Positions 39,671-49,807 are shown, counted from the first letter of the stretch. The stretch: 64,000 bases of DNA from Promethearchaeota archaeon (GCA_048937405.1 JBHLNF010000001.1:912785-976784); one strand, 5' to 3'. Made by a program: numbers and translations. The notes: generated from the sequence alone by a model not told the origin.

Positions 39671-40552
39671 TTATATTTTAAATTTAAGCTTTATTTGAGG
39701 TAAGACTTTCATTAATAATTTTATTGCATTATCAACTCCTTGCTCCATATCATGATGAATTTCATTAGATTTTAGTAAATCATATTTAGGATGTCCTGGT
39801 ATATCTGAAATGGAGAGAACTGAAACTGTGTGTAAATTGTAGATTTTACCAAGTAAGAATAATATAGATGATTCCATATCTACAGATTGAATATTTACTG
39901 AGGACAATGCTCGTACAAAATCCAAACTTTCACAAAATAAGGCGTCAGTAGTCCATAAATCAACTTCTTTAACTTTATTAGAAAAAAGTGAAATACCCTC
40001 TTTTAAAAACAATTTTTTCAACATTTCATCAGGTTTAGATATAAAAATTGTTTGATTGCCTGTAAACATATTTTGAAACTTTCCCATTGGATTTTGTATT
40101 GATTGCAATTCATTAACTAAGGAAGGATGTTCTCTTAAATATTGAGGACTTGTTCCATCATCACAAAAAGCAAATTTGGGGATTATTATATCCCCAATAT
40201 TAATTGGATAAGTCTGATTTTCTATTCCTCCACATACATCAATTCTAATAATAATTTTCGCTTTACATCTTCTTAATGCTTCTACTGTCATTGCACAATT
40301 CGGAGCCCCAACCAAAGAACGAACTATACTAACTTTAACATTATTCAATTCCCCACTATAAATCCGTCCATAATTTCGTTTGTTCTGCAATTTTTGTATT
40401 AGTTTTTTCATTACAGGCTTTATTGCAGGTAGAATTACTATTTCGTTTACATTTGAGGAACTTGTCTCAATTATCATCCTTACAATTTTTTCATCCACAT
40501 TAATGAATTTTAATCCAACGTTCAATAATTCACTCTTTATTCTGTTTAACAT
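39671..40552 (-). CDS. Nucleoside phosphorylase (PNP/UDP family)
   Basis: VGAP, CGGI, DDGTS..Y, WTTDALFCES, VDMESS, SISD. Confidence 0.85.
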   Translation of the reverse strand: MLNRIKSELLNVGLKFINVDEKIVRMIIETSSSNVNEIVILPAIKPVMKKLIQKLQNKRNYGRIYSGELNNVKVSIVRSLVGAPNCAMTVEALRRCKAKIIIRIDVCGGIENQTYPINIGDIIIPKFAFCDDGTSPQYLREHPSLVNELQSIQNPMGKFQNMFTGNQTIFISKPDEMLKKLFLKEGISLFSNKVKEVDLWTTDALFCESLDFVRALSSVNIQSVDMESSILFLLGKIYNLHTVSVLSISDIPGHPKYDLLKSNEIHHDMEQGVDNAIKLLMKVLPQIKLKFKI

Positions 40553-40729
40553 TTTGGATCATCTTATCATTTATTCTAATTAACCAAAATTATAATTTTA
40601 GTTATAATCTAAAAGTAGTTTAATAAATATTTAGGTACTTATAATTTTAAACAATATAATTTAATATCTAAATAAAATACATTTATTTATATAAATTAGT
40701 GAGAAATTTGAGTTCACAGTGGTTACTTT

Positions 40730-42022
40730 ATGAAGAATCGATTTATCTTGGATAATAAAATCACGAATGAATTTGTTGAAACTTATACAAAAACAACCTA
40801 TAGAATTGTTGGAGAACACAAACATTCATCAGTTAAACCTTGTCATTGGCTTGAACAGAGATTAATGACTGGAAGGGATAATCGAAATTGCTATAAAGGA
40901 GTTTTTGGAATAAAGAGTCATAGATGTTTACAAAATACACCTTCCTTACCCTTTTGTAACCATCAATGTGTTTTTTGTTGGAGAGATTTAGAATCTGGAT
41001 CTTTAGGAAGTGAATTTATTGGAGAACCAGATGAACCAAAATTGCTTATTGAAGAAATGCTACGACATCATAAGGACATTATTAAGAATCATTTACCTTT
41101 GAGACGCTATCTCGATAATTATGAAATAATGATCGATATTCTATATTATATACTTTTAAATAATCAAGAAGGGCATAGTATAAATTCCATCAGTAATAAT
41201 ATCCATGTTTCAAAAAATAAAATTGAAAGAGCCATCACCCTTCTTAAAAATCAGAACTATGTTAAAAGTATCGATGACTCATTAAATATGTTTAAACTAG
41301 AGGATGACATTGATTGTTGTATTAAATCTAGAGATGAACTCGAGGTATTAATTAATAGAACATTAACTACACCTGATGAGATAATGCAAGCGCATAATGA
41401 AGCAATGACGCCGAATCATGCGGCAATTTCCCTTGATGGGGAACCACTATTATACCCCAAAATCTCTGGTTTGGTAAATGAATTTAAAACCAGAGGTTTT
41501 ACCACTTTTATTGTTACAAATGGCACAATATCAGAGAAAGTTCGAAATTTAGATCCTTATCCTTCTCAACTATATATTACATTAGCAGCCCCAAATGAAG
41601 AGATTTATAAAAAGGTGTGTCGACCAATGATTAAAAACGGTTGGCAGAATATTATGGATACAATGGAATCAATCCAATCATTAAATTGCAGAAGTGTTGT
41701 ACGATTAACAGCCGTGAAGGACTTGAATATTAATGACGCAATGGTTGAAAATTATGTTAAGATCATTGAAAAGGCAAATCCTAACTTTTTTGAAATAAAA
41801 GGATTCACTTTACAAGCTAAAGCGCTATTAATTAAAGATAGGTTAAAAACTAATAAACCCGTTCAATATTATTTCCCAGAATATGATTATCTTGAAAATA
41901 TTGCTAAAAAATTTGAAGAATTGGGTAATTTTCCCCTGATTTATACGAATAAACCAAGCAGAGATTTCTTATTTGCTGTAAATTGGGATGAGAATAAAGA
42001 TCCAGTAATTAAAAATCCCTAA
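40730..42022 (+). CDS. taw1: 4-demethylwyosine synthase TYW1/Taw1 (radical SAM) with an internal insertion
   Basis: HSSVKPCHW, CYK..FGIKSHRCLQ.TP, CNHQCVFCWR, HAAISLDGEP.LYP, FIVTNG. Confidence 0.93.
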   Translation: MKNRFILDNKITNEFVETYTKTTYRIVGEHKHSSVKPCHWLEQRLMTGRDNRNCYKGVFGIKSHRCLQNTPSLPFCNHQCVFCWRDLESGSLGSEFIGEPDEPKLLIEEMLRHHKDIIKNHLPLRRYLDNYEIMIDILYYILLNNQEGHSINSISNNIHVSKNKIERAITLLKNQNYVKSIDDSLNMFKLEDDIDCCIKSRDELEVLINRTLTTPDEIMQAHNEAMTPNHAAISLDGEPLLYPKISGLVNEFKTRGFTTFIVTNGTISEKVRNLDPYPSQLYITLAAPNEEIYKKVCRPMIKNGWQNIMDTMESIQSLNCRSVVRLTAVKDLNINDAMVENYVKIIEKANPNFFEIKGFTLQAKALLIKDRLKTNKPVQYYFPEYDYLENIAKKFEELGNFPLIYTNKPSRDFLFAVNWDENKDPVIKNP

Positions 42023-42065
42023 AACTAACTTATTAAAAGTTTTATGAAATATTTCTTATTCTCGA

Positions 42066-42722
42066 TTAAACTATATCATTTTTCTTTTCTTCTTGGTTTA
42101 ATTCTATAGATTTCTTTACATAATTTTGAAACAATTCTTTAAAATCTGTTATAGAGTTAACCATTTCTTTAAAAAATTCAAGCCATTTTATTTCAACTTC
42201 ACAATGAAGTCTCCAATGTTTTAACGGTAAAATATTAAATGGATTATATTTATATGAAAAATGCGAAGTCACTATATTCTCACCTTCTTCAGCGTGTTTT
42301 AACGACTCCTTAAGTATAACAATTTTTTTATCTATAGATTCAAAAAAGAATTCTCTTTCAATATTTGATCCAAAAAGGGTAATAAAAGGCATTGTCGCGT
42401 CAATATCAAAATAAAAATCTTGGATCTCTACTATAAAATGCTTCATTTGTTCAAAAAATTCCTTTCTTCCTTTGCTTGTTAATCTAAAAATCGTTTTTTC
42501 AGGACGGTTGCCTTCTTGCCAAGTACCACTTTCCCGAATGAAACCTTCCTCTTGAAGTTGTTTTAATGTATAATAAAACGATGCATTTGTTGCATTAATA
42601 TAGTGATCATAATACCATTCATTTGCTATAGAAATGAGTTCATACCCGCTCATAGGTTTGGGAATTTGATTCATAACACCTAAAATGAATGCTTTTAATG
42701 GTGTAAACCTTTTTTTTGGCAT
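42066..42722 (-). CDS. PadR family transcriptional regulator
   Basis: ILG...PMSGYEL...SFYYTLKQL..EGFI...RPEKTIFRLT.KG; C-terminal EIKWL. Confidence 0.88.
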   Translation of the reverse strand: MPKKRFTPLKAFILGVMNQIPKPMSGYELISIANEWYYDHYINATNASFYYTLKQLQEEGFIRESGTWQEGNRPEKTIFRLTSKGRKEFFEQMKHFIVEIQDFYFDIDATMPFITLFGSNIEREFFFESIDKKIVILKESLKHAEEGENIVTSHFSYKYNPFNILPLKHWRLHCEVEIKWLEFFKEMVNSITDFKELFQNYVKKSIELNQEEKKNDIV

Positions 42723-42771
42723 AATTTCTTTTCAATTCTTAAATTTGAATTACATTTTTCAATATTAAAAT

Positions 42772-42819
42772 TATAGTTAAGTTTAAATGATTAAGCTTAA
42801 ATATTCAAACTTAATTATA
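42772..42819. promoter_or_regulatory. 48-bp imperfect palindrome in the divergent padR/ICMT intergenic region (candidate PadR operator)
   Basis: TATAGTTAAGTTTAAATGATTAAG|CTTAAATATTCAAACTTAATTATA; 20 of 24 positions pair. Confidence 0.6.
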
Positions 42820-42863
42820 TCTAGTAACTTCAAATATTTAAAACTTTAGGTGGTGATTGAAAA

Positions 42864-43388
42864 ATGTTAGAAAAAAAAGTAATTTTAACTAAAAATAATT
42901 ATAAATTTAGTATTGGAGATATCATTCTTACAACAATATTCTCAATTGCTTTTATAATTCAAATTATTTTGATGTTTATTATCTACAATGAGTTAGGTCT
43001 TACATACTTAGTGTATATCGGATATATAATTTGGCCATTTAGCATCTATTTTGCATTAATTCCTTTTATATCTTTCAGGAAAAGAGGTGGTGTTAAGAAG
43101 GGTAAAAGCTATGTTAATACCACGAAATTAGTAAAGGAGGGACCATATGCAATAATTCGCCATCCTCAATATTTAGGAGGAGTATTATTTTCTATTTGTA
43201 TTACTCTATGGAGTCAGGTATGGTTAAGTCTAATTCTTAGTATTATTATAATATTTTTAACCTATCAATGGACTTATTCCGAGGATAAAAAACTTATAGA
43301 AAAATTCGGTGAAGAATATAAAATTTATAGAGAAAAAGTACCTCGCCTCAATCCAATATTAGGGATAATTAAATATTTTTCTCAATAA
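42864..43388 (+). CDS. Isoprenylcysteine carboxyl methyltransferase/PEMT family membrane protein
   Basis: TTKLVKEGPYAIIRHPQY, ED..L..KFGEEY..Y..KVPR. Confidence 0.88.
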   Translation: MLEKKVILTKNNYKFSIGDIILTTIFSIAFIIQIILMFIIYNELGLTYLVYIGYIIWPFSIYFALIPFISFRKRGGVKKGKSYVNTTKLVKEGPYAIIRHPQYLGGVLFSICITLWSQVWLSLILSIIIIFLTYQWTYSEDKKLIEKFGEEYKIYREKVPRLNPILGIIKYFSQ

Positions 43389-43406
43389 AAGCAGAGCTGG
43401 TGCAAT

Positions 43407-43931
43407 GTGTTTGACTTTATATTTTTAATAATTTGGATCGCCTTGATGATATATTTTATGCGTTGGCTTATTTGGGCTATTAAAGGGAAAAGTAAATATG
43501 AAGCTGCTATGTGTTTAGCAATGACACTATATTTTAATAGCATAATGTTAAATTTCTATTTTAAACAGTTTTATGATAATATATTTTTATTTATTTTCGG
43601 AATGACTCTGTGTGGCTTCGGAATATTCATTTTCATAAGTCAACTCTTAATTATGAAAAAGTTTGGTCAAAGTGAGCACTGGGAGGATACAAAAGTCCTT
43701 ATCATAAATGGATGGTTTAAATATATGCGTCATCCTATGTATTTTGGTTTAGCTATAGCAGATATTGGAATTATATTGGGAATGCCCACCCTTTTATCTG
43801 TAATTCTTGCTCCAATGTCAATATTATTTTGTTTATTAAGTTCAATTTGGGAAGATCAGATGAATTTGGAAAAATTTGGTAATGAATACGATAAATATAA
43901 GAAAAAAGTGAAATTATGGGGAATTATATAG
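43407..43931 (+). CDS. Isoprenylcysteine carboxyl methyltransferase/PEMT family membrane protein
   Basis: LIINGWFKYMRHPMY, ED..NLEKFGNEY..Y..KV. Confidence 0.85.
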   Translation: MFDFIFLIIWIALMIYFMRWLIWAIKGKSKYEAAMCLAMTLYFNSIMLNFYFKQFYDNIFLFIFGMTLCGFGIFIFISQLLIMKKFGQSEHWEDTKVLIINGWFKYMRHPMYFGLAIADIGIILGMPTLLSVILAPMSILFCLLSSIWEDQMNLEKFGNEYDKYKKKVKLWGII

Positions 43932-44124
43932 GCAATAAAAATGAGTATATTAATCAAGAATGAGATCATTTGCTATTATTACCTTATAAAATTGATTGCT
44001 TTTGATAAGTTAGTAAATTCCCATCGATTTACCTTTTATTTCTCTTATATATTAGAAAATTCTTACTCTCTGGTATTTTAATTATTATGATATGGCCTAA
44101 TATTATATATTTACAAGCCTCAAT

Positions 44125-44335
44125 GAAATACGAATGAAAAGGAGAGATCCCTGCCCACTTCCGCTCAATGTTATCCCTTCGGATTATCATAGTTAGGGGG
44201 GTAAATAATGATACTCGTATCGAGAGAAGCGATGGGAGTAAATAAGAAAATAAGAGAATTAAATGGAAAACGTATTCCCAAAAACCAGAGGTGGATGGGA
44301 TAGAGGCTATTGGACTGTAGCCATAAATAACATAG
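44125..44335 (+). other. Locally GC-richer, potentially structured intergenic element (ncRNA and/or 31-codon ORF at 44208-44303)
   Basis: TATA-like TTATATAT near 44103, long-range complementarity, two hairpins, GGGGGGT before ATG; no known family recognised. Confidence 0.3.
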
Positions 44336-44405
44336 ATAATATTATTATTTGAAATAAAATGAGTTAAATTTTATTCATTTTAATGGTCTAACCTCTAAAT
44401 TTCCT

Positions 44406-45035
44406 TTATTTTTTTAAGTGTTCCTGTATTATCTGATTTAATTTGTCCAGATTTATTTTCTTTAAAGCAGAAAATTCTAAATATGGGCTTTTTTTTTCAT
44501 CTCCAATTCTATGATTCTTAAGAGAAACAGGGTTCAATCCAAATTCCTTGGCGGAATCAATAAATAGATTAATAATTTTATTTTTATCATAATTAGATAA
44601 TTTATCAATTTTGTTTATGATTATTAAGAGAGGAATCTGAAACTCTCTAAGAAAGCTAATTAATTCAAAGCTTAATGGAATAGTTTTTTTATTTTGAATG
44701 TAATATTTATTAATTTCATCCTCAATTCTTAGAATGTTTATAACTACTAAGCCAAAAAAATAGTCTTCATAATGCTTTTCTAAATGAACTACTATTTGTT
44801 TTTTAATATGTTCTCCTCTTCTCCGGCTTGAGTTACCAACGTACCCAAATCCTGGAAGGTCAACTATTTGATATGGTAAATTATTTTGACTTATCTGTTT
44901 TATCAATAATGTACTACCAGGGCTTTTCCCAATTTTACCTTTAAAATTTCTAGGATTTGGCATCAACAATCTAGTTATTGAGCTCTTTCCTACATTAGAA
45001 TTTCCAATAACTAAAAGTGTAGGTTTTGGGTTCAT
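44406..45035 (-). CDS. engB: EngB/YihA-like GTP-binding protein
   Basis: GNSNVGKSS, PGST, DLPGFG, NKIDK, FSA. Confidence 0.8.
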   Translation of the reverse strand: MNPKPTLLVIGNSNVGKSSITRLLMPNPRNFKGKIGKSPGSTLLIKQISQNNLPYQIVDLPGFGYVGNSSRRRGEHIKKQIVVHLEKHYEDYFFGLVVINILRIEDEINKYYIQNKKTIPLSFELISFLREFQIPLLIIINKIDKLSNYDKNKIINLFIDSAKEFGLNPVSLKNHRIGDEKKSPYLEFSALKKINLDKLNQIIQEHLKK

Positions 45036-45059
45036 TTTTTCAATTAATAAAATTTAAGC

Positions 45060-45950
45060 TTATATATCAAGAAAGTCCTCATCAAGAAAATCCTTGAACA
45101 TTTTTTTTTTCTCTTCTTCTTTTATTACAGGTCTAGTGCTGATAGGTTCCCCCGCTTCTTCTAAAAGGGTTTTCAAGATTTCTACATTAATACTTACTTT
45201 AAATTTTCCATCTCTCATAAATCGTACAATTTGTTTATTGTTTAAACTCAATCTTAAGATATAACCAAGACCAAAATAAAATTGATGTTCTGGGATAGGA
45301 TCTATAGCACTTTTACTTGTTATTTCTTTTAATACTTCAAATAATAACTGTTTTGAAGCAATATGATCTTCTACATTAAAAACTAAATAATATAGAGAAT
45401 GATACCAAATCTTATCACGCTTGGTTTTTATGTATTCTAAAAATTTCTCTGGCGTTATAACTTCTTTTGCTTCAACCTCCTTCCTTTTTAAGATCTCCTG
45501 TTTAATTCTTTCTTCCAGTTCTTTTGAAACACTTTGAGTTGTTTCAATTTTTCCTATTTCTCCTGATTCGAGCTCAATTTCATCATGTTTTACAGTTTCA
45601 ATAGCTTCTTGCATTTCCCTTAATTCATCAAAATCAATTTCATCCATATCGGAGAAATCTGAAATCATAGCTTCTTTAAATTCTTGCTCTTCTTTAATTT
45701 CCTCAATTATTTCTGTTTCTTCAGAGATATCTTCACTGGTTTTTTCAAATTCTGATAAGTCTTCACCTTCTTTGACTTTATCAATTGCATCTTGTATCTC
45801 TTGAAGTTCTTCCACGTCTAAATCTTCTAAATCAGAAAAATCAGTTTCAAGCACTTTTATATCTCTGAGATAGTTTTCTAAATCATCCTCTTCGCCTTCA
45901 AATTCTTCAATATCTTGCTTTTCATTTCCTTTTTCTTGGTTTTCGTTCAT
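45060..45950 (-). CDS. Hypothetical protein with highly acidic, internally repeated N-terminal half
   Basis: DFSDLEDLDVEELQEIQDAIDKVK and DFSDMDEIDFDELREMQEAIETVK repeats; globular C-terminal domain. Confidence 0.7.
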   Translation of the reverse strand: MNENQEKGNEKQDIEEFEGEEDDLENYLRDIKVLETDFSDLEDLDVEELQEIQDAIDKVKEGEDLSEFEKTSEDISEETEIIEEIKEEQEFKEAMISDFSDMDEIDFDELREMQEAIETVKHDEIELESGEIGKIETTQSVSKELEERIKQEILKRKEVEAKEVITPEKFLEYIKTKRDKIWYHSLYYLVFNVEDHIASKQLLFEVLKEITSKSAIDPIPEHQFYFGLGYILRLSLNNKQIVRFMRDGKFKVSINVEILKTLLEEAGEPISTRPVIKEEEKKKMFKDFLDEDFLDI

Positions 45951-46053
45951 TGTGAGTTTTAAAAAGTTAATAATTACAATTTTTGATAATAATATAATTA
46001 AAATATTAATATCCGTATAATTAAAATTGTTCTAAATATTAATAGACTTTAGT

Positions 46054-46764
46054 ATGGAAAAAATTAACTTAGATAATTATAAGGGAATTATCTTCGATAT
46101 GGATGGGGTAATTTTTAATATCTCTGATGCAATTAAGAAGGCAGTCGATGATTCAGTGAATAAATATCAAATAAGTATCAATAAGGACGAAGTAATGGAA
46201 GAGATTGCCCATCTTATTGAAGAAATACAAAACTATCCTGTACCTAAAATTGTTCTAAATTCCTATGACCTATTAAAAGTAAATTTCTTAGAAGGATTGA
46301 GCTATTTCAAGAAATTAAGAATTGCAATTTTTATGTTTAATCAATTTAATAAGTATAAAGATGCAGAATCCTCTATTTATGAAGGGATAGACACATTAAT
46401 TTCAAAATTAGCAAAAAGTAAAAAATTAGCGATATTGACAAATAACAAAAGTGAATATGCTGAAGAAATTTTAGCAAAATTTGATCTTTCGGATTTTTTC
46501 AATACAATAATAGGTTTTAATGATGTATCAGAAGTAAAACCTAGCCCTGAGGGAATTCTTAAAATTGTTAACAAATGGAAATTAAAACCTAAAGAAGTAA
46601 TATTCATTGGAGATATGACAACTGATATCGACGCGGGTAAGGCAGCAGATGTCACAATGATTTGTGTCGAAAGTGGACTTGCTCAAGAACAAACTTTAAA
46701 AGAGCATCAGCCAGATATATTAGTAAATAATACAGATCAATTAATTAAGCTCTTTCCTCTTTAA
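46054..46764 (+). CDS. HAD-family hydrolase (phosphoglycolate phosphatase-like)
   Basis: FDMDGV, LTN, KPSP, IGD..TDI.AG. Confidence 0.9.
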   Translation: MEKINLDNYKGIIFDMDGVIFNISDAIKKAVDDSVNKYQISINKDEVMEEIAHLIEEIQNYPVPKIVLNSYDLLKVNFLEGLSYFKKLRIAIFMFNQFNKYKDAESSIYEGIDTLISKLAKSKKLAILTNNKSEYAEEILAKFDLSDFFNTIIGFNDVSEVKPSPEGILKIVNKWKLKPKEVIFIGDMTTDIDAGKAADVTMICVESGLAQEQTLKEHQPDILVNNTDQLIKLFPL

Positions 46765-47019
46765 TTAAAAATGTTAATATGTATTAAAATAGAAGATATT
46801 TTAGTAAGTGTTTTGCAATTATATTCAATGAAAAATTGAGTTTATGTTTAATGTAAATCCATTAATAACATTTATTAAGAATGTTAATAGATTATATTAA
46901 ATAAAGAAAATCACAGTATACAAAGATTTTTAAAACAATTAAATAATATCATAAAAGTTACATAAATAATAATAAAAACTTTCTCGCTATATTAGTATTA
47001 AAGAATAATCGATGATTCT

Positions 47020-48258
47020 ATGTCTTCAGACATTTCTAGTTTTATAAAAGTTATTTCAAAATTTTTAAATTTAAAGTCAACAAAAATCGATAAATTACAA
47101 AAGATTGATGACGTCTTAAAATTAAATATCAGCTCCTATAAATTTATTGATAAAGAAGAGGCAACTATAATTAAACAATTGTTAGAAGTTTCTACGATTT
47201 TAGATGCTTCCAAATTAGATAAAGAAAATCCATTTGAGGTGCTAACTGAGATTGAGGAAACTGACGATTCCATCGAATTAACTACTAATTTAGAATTGAA
47301 GATCGAGGAACTTAAAGCAAAATATCCAACACTTGAGGAGAAATTAAAAAAAACAGCTACAATTAGCTCACTTATCGCAAGTGTTAAAGAAGATAAAGAA
47401 GGAATTGACATGGAAGCCCAAAAAGTACTTGTGGCAGGTCTCGATAATGCAGGTAAAACAGCTACTTTATCAAAATTTGGAGGGCGTTTAGGAATAAGTG
47501 ATATGATTGCTACTCACCCTACTAAAGGAGTAGTTCGTATGAAATTTGGTACCTCTAGCCTCTCACTCTTTATATGGGATCTTGGAGGACAACAAGAATA
47601 CAGAGAAAGGTATTTAGATAATCCAGAACAATACTTTCTACAACTTGATTTGTTAATTTATGTAATTGATGTTCAAGATCCAGAAAGATTTGAAGAGTCT
47701 CTGGAATATTTTGAAAAAATTATCGATGAAATTATTTTATTAGAGGAGAATCCATATATCATAATTTTTATTCATAAGTATGATCCTGACTTAAAAAGTG
47801 ACCCAAAAATTCTCTTAAATATTGAACTGTTAAAAGACAATCTAAATGAATTATTAAAAAGCAAAAAATATGATTTTAATGTTGAAATATATTTAACTTC
47901 AATATACTCATTAATCTCTCGAGAACCTCAATTTGCTAAGTATATAAAAAACCTTATGAGTGCTAATCATTCACTTGCAGATCCCACTGTAAGGAAAGTT
48001 GATGGTCTAGGAAAAACACTTGAAGAAACTTTAAATGCTGTCATAAGATTATCTGAAAGTATTTCATCACAACTCAATGATCTTGATAATCGCCTTAGAG
48101 CGATAGAATCGGGAGCATTTCAAGTCGCCCAAAGTGGAATTCCTATTGAGATCGCAAATCCTAACCAAATGGGTGTAAGACCCCAAGAAAATACGCGATT
48201 ACGAGTTTTAAATGAGTTGAAAGACTTATTTAGCAAAAGAAGAAGTTTAGATCTATAA
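47020..48258 (+). CDS. Arf/Rag-related GTPase with N- and C-terminal extensions
   Basis: GLDNAGKT, PTKG, WDLGGQ, HKYD, TSI; C-terminal coiled coil. Confidence 0.85.
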   Translation: MSSDISSFIKVISKFLNLKSTKIDKLQKIDDVLKLNISSYKFIDKEEATIIKQLLEVSTILDASKLDKENPFEVLTEIEETDDSIELTTNLELKIEELKAKYPTLEEKLKKTATISSLIASVKEDKEGIDMEAQKVLVAGLDNAGKTATLSKFGGRLGISDMIATHPTKGVVRMKFGTSSLSLFIWDLGGQQEYRERYLDNPEQYFLQLDLLIYVIDVQDPERFEESLEYFEKIIDEIILLEENPYIIIFIHKYDPDLKSDPKILLNIELLKDNLNELLKSKKYDFNVEIYLTSIYSLISREPQFAKYIKNLMSANHSLADPTVRKVDGLGKTLEETLNAVIRLSESISSQLNDLDNRLRAIESGAFQVAQSGIPIEIANPNQMGVRPQENTRLRVLNELKDLFSKRRSLDL

Positions 48259-48262
48259 TTAA

Positions 48263-48997
48263 TTATTTCTTGTTCTTTCTAATATATGCCTCAATTGTTT
48301 TTTTAATCGCAAGTAAGAAGATAATAAAAAATACACTTATTGAAAGTAATAGATATCCTAAACTATCAATTAATAAAGGATTGATTTGCCGATAATGAAT
48401 TTCTTCAGCCGAGAATGTCTCTAGATAAGTAAATAAAAGATATACAATTGGACCCATCAAATATCCAGAAAAAAAAAAACCTATGATTCCAAATATACCT
48501 CCAAAAATAACATCCGTAGGGTAATGAACTCCAAGCTGTATTCTTGAAAATGATACTATAATAGCAAAAATTATAATGATAAGTGTTATCAATGGTGAAT
48601 TTAAAAATAATACTCCAATCAATAATCCATGAGCTACAATATTATAAGCATGCCACGATGGAAAACTCTTTGAAGTTGGCGTTCGTTCGAAAGTAATAAT
48701 TTTACCTTCTTTTAGACTCTCATATGGTCTTTTTCTTTTTACTACTTGTTTAATTACTGTTATTGATATTGAACCTGTAAGAAATGTGGCGGAGATATAA
48801 GAAAAGAGATAGGGATCATACCAAATTAATAAATAAAACGCCATTAGGCTTAACCAAATAGTTTCTCTCCCAAAAAAAGAACATAATTTTAAAATAAATA
48901 TGATGGAGTTTCCCCCTACTCCATTATATTTCAAAATAATTTTATGATCCCAATCATCAATTTTATTCAAGTATTCTGGTATTTTCATCGCAATCAA
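48263..48997 (-). CDS. PAP2 family membrane phosphatase
   Basis: KQVVKRKRP, SFPSWH (PSGH variant), SRIQLGVHYPTD. Confidence 0.88.
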   Translation of the reverse strand: MIAMKIPEYLNKIDDWDHKIILKYNGVGGNSIIFILKLCSFFGRETIWLSLMAFYLLIWYDPYLFSYISATFLTGSISITVIKQVVKRKRPYESLKEGKIITFERTPTSKSFPSWHAYNIVAHGLLIGVLFLNSPLITLIIIIFAIIVSFSRIQLGVHYPTDVIFGGIFGIIGFFFSGYLMGPIVYLLFTYLETFSAEEIHYRQINPLLIDSLGYLLLSISVFFIIFLLAIKKTIEAYIRKNKK

Positions 48998-49012
48998 AAA
49001 ATAACATTGATT

Positions 49013-49807
49013 TTAAATAGTAGATAAATATGAATACATCTCCAAAACTTTTGGGATCTTATCTTCAAAATATTGTAAAGAATGTGAATCTGATCCTACA
49101 AAAAAACTAGCGCCCTCATTCTTTAATCTTCTTACAACATCCAGAGAAGGAAAAGGTCTCTTTATAGGAAATTTTGATCCTGATATATTAACCTCTATTT
49201 TGATATTATTCTTTATACATAAACGCCCTAATTCTATTACACGTTCATCAGAAACATTACAATCATCTTCTGGTTTAAATTCGTTATTATTTATATATCG
49301 AAAAATTGTATCTATATGACATATGTTCTTAAAAATTTTAGAATTTATCATCTTTCTGCTAACTTCGAAATAGTCATCAATAATTTTTTTCATTGGCATT
49401 TTCTCTAGTAAGCTTGATAACCTTTCTTTACTTGTAATTGGATATCCTTTAATCCACTCATGAATAGTTCCTCCAATAAAATCCAATTCTTTTTCATAAT
49501 CATCCATAAACTCCATTAATTTAATTTCTCTGTCCTCATAATAATCTACTTCTAATCCACTTAAAATAAAATCGTATGTCTCTTTTAACTTATCAATTTC
49601 TTCAAGATAATCATCAACACTCCCTTTGCGAAATGGATTGTTTTTATCTTTTTCTATATAATAAAATTCAAAATGATTAAGAAAACAGACATTAATTTGA
49701 TGTTTTTCAGCAACTAGAATGTAATCTTCAAAAGTAGGACCATCATCGGTAACATCCTCACTCCAACCCTTCGAGTGAACATGATAATCAGTATATTTAA
49801 ACTTCAT
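49013..49807 (-). CDS. PHP-family phosphoesterase (histidinol-phosphatase HisJ-like)
   Basis: DYHVH, GLEVD, CHID, EVN, GSDSH. Start moved to the ATG at 49807 because the longer ORF start overlaps the upstream gene. Confidence 0.85.
   Translation of the reverse strand: MKFKYTDYHVHSKGWSEDVTDDGPTFEDYILVAEKHQINVCFLNHFEFYYIEKDKNNPFRKGSVDDYLEEIDKLKETYDFILSGLEVDYYEDREIKLMEFMDDYEKELDFIGGTIHEWIKGYPITSKERLSSLLEKMPMKKIIDDYFEVSRKMINSKIFKNICHIDTIFRYINNNEFKPEDDCNVSDERVIELGRLCIKNNIKIEVNISGSKFPIKRPFPSLDVVRRLKNEGASFFVGSDSHSLQYFEDKIPKVLEMYSYLSTI

Noticed and set aside
44125-44335. 5S rRNA, SRP RNA or RNase P RNA
   Set aside because: Diagnostic motifs (SRP helix 8, RNase P GAGGAAAGUCC, 5S loop C) were not found on either strand.
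44305-44395. Fluoride riboswitch-like GGCTATTGGACTGTAGCCATAAA
   Set aside because: No downstream pseudoknot partner and no same-strand downstream gene.
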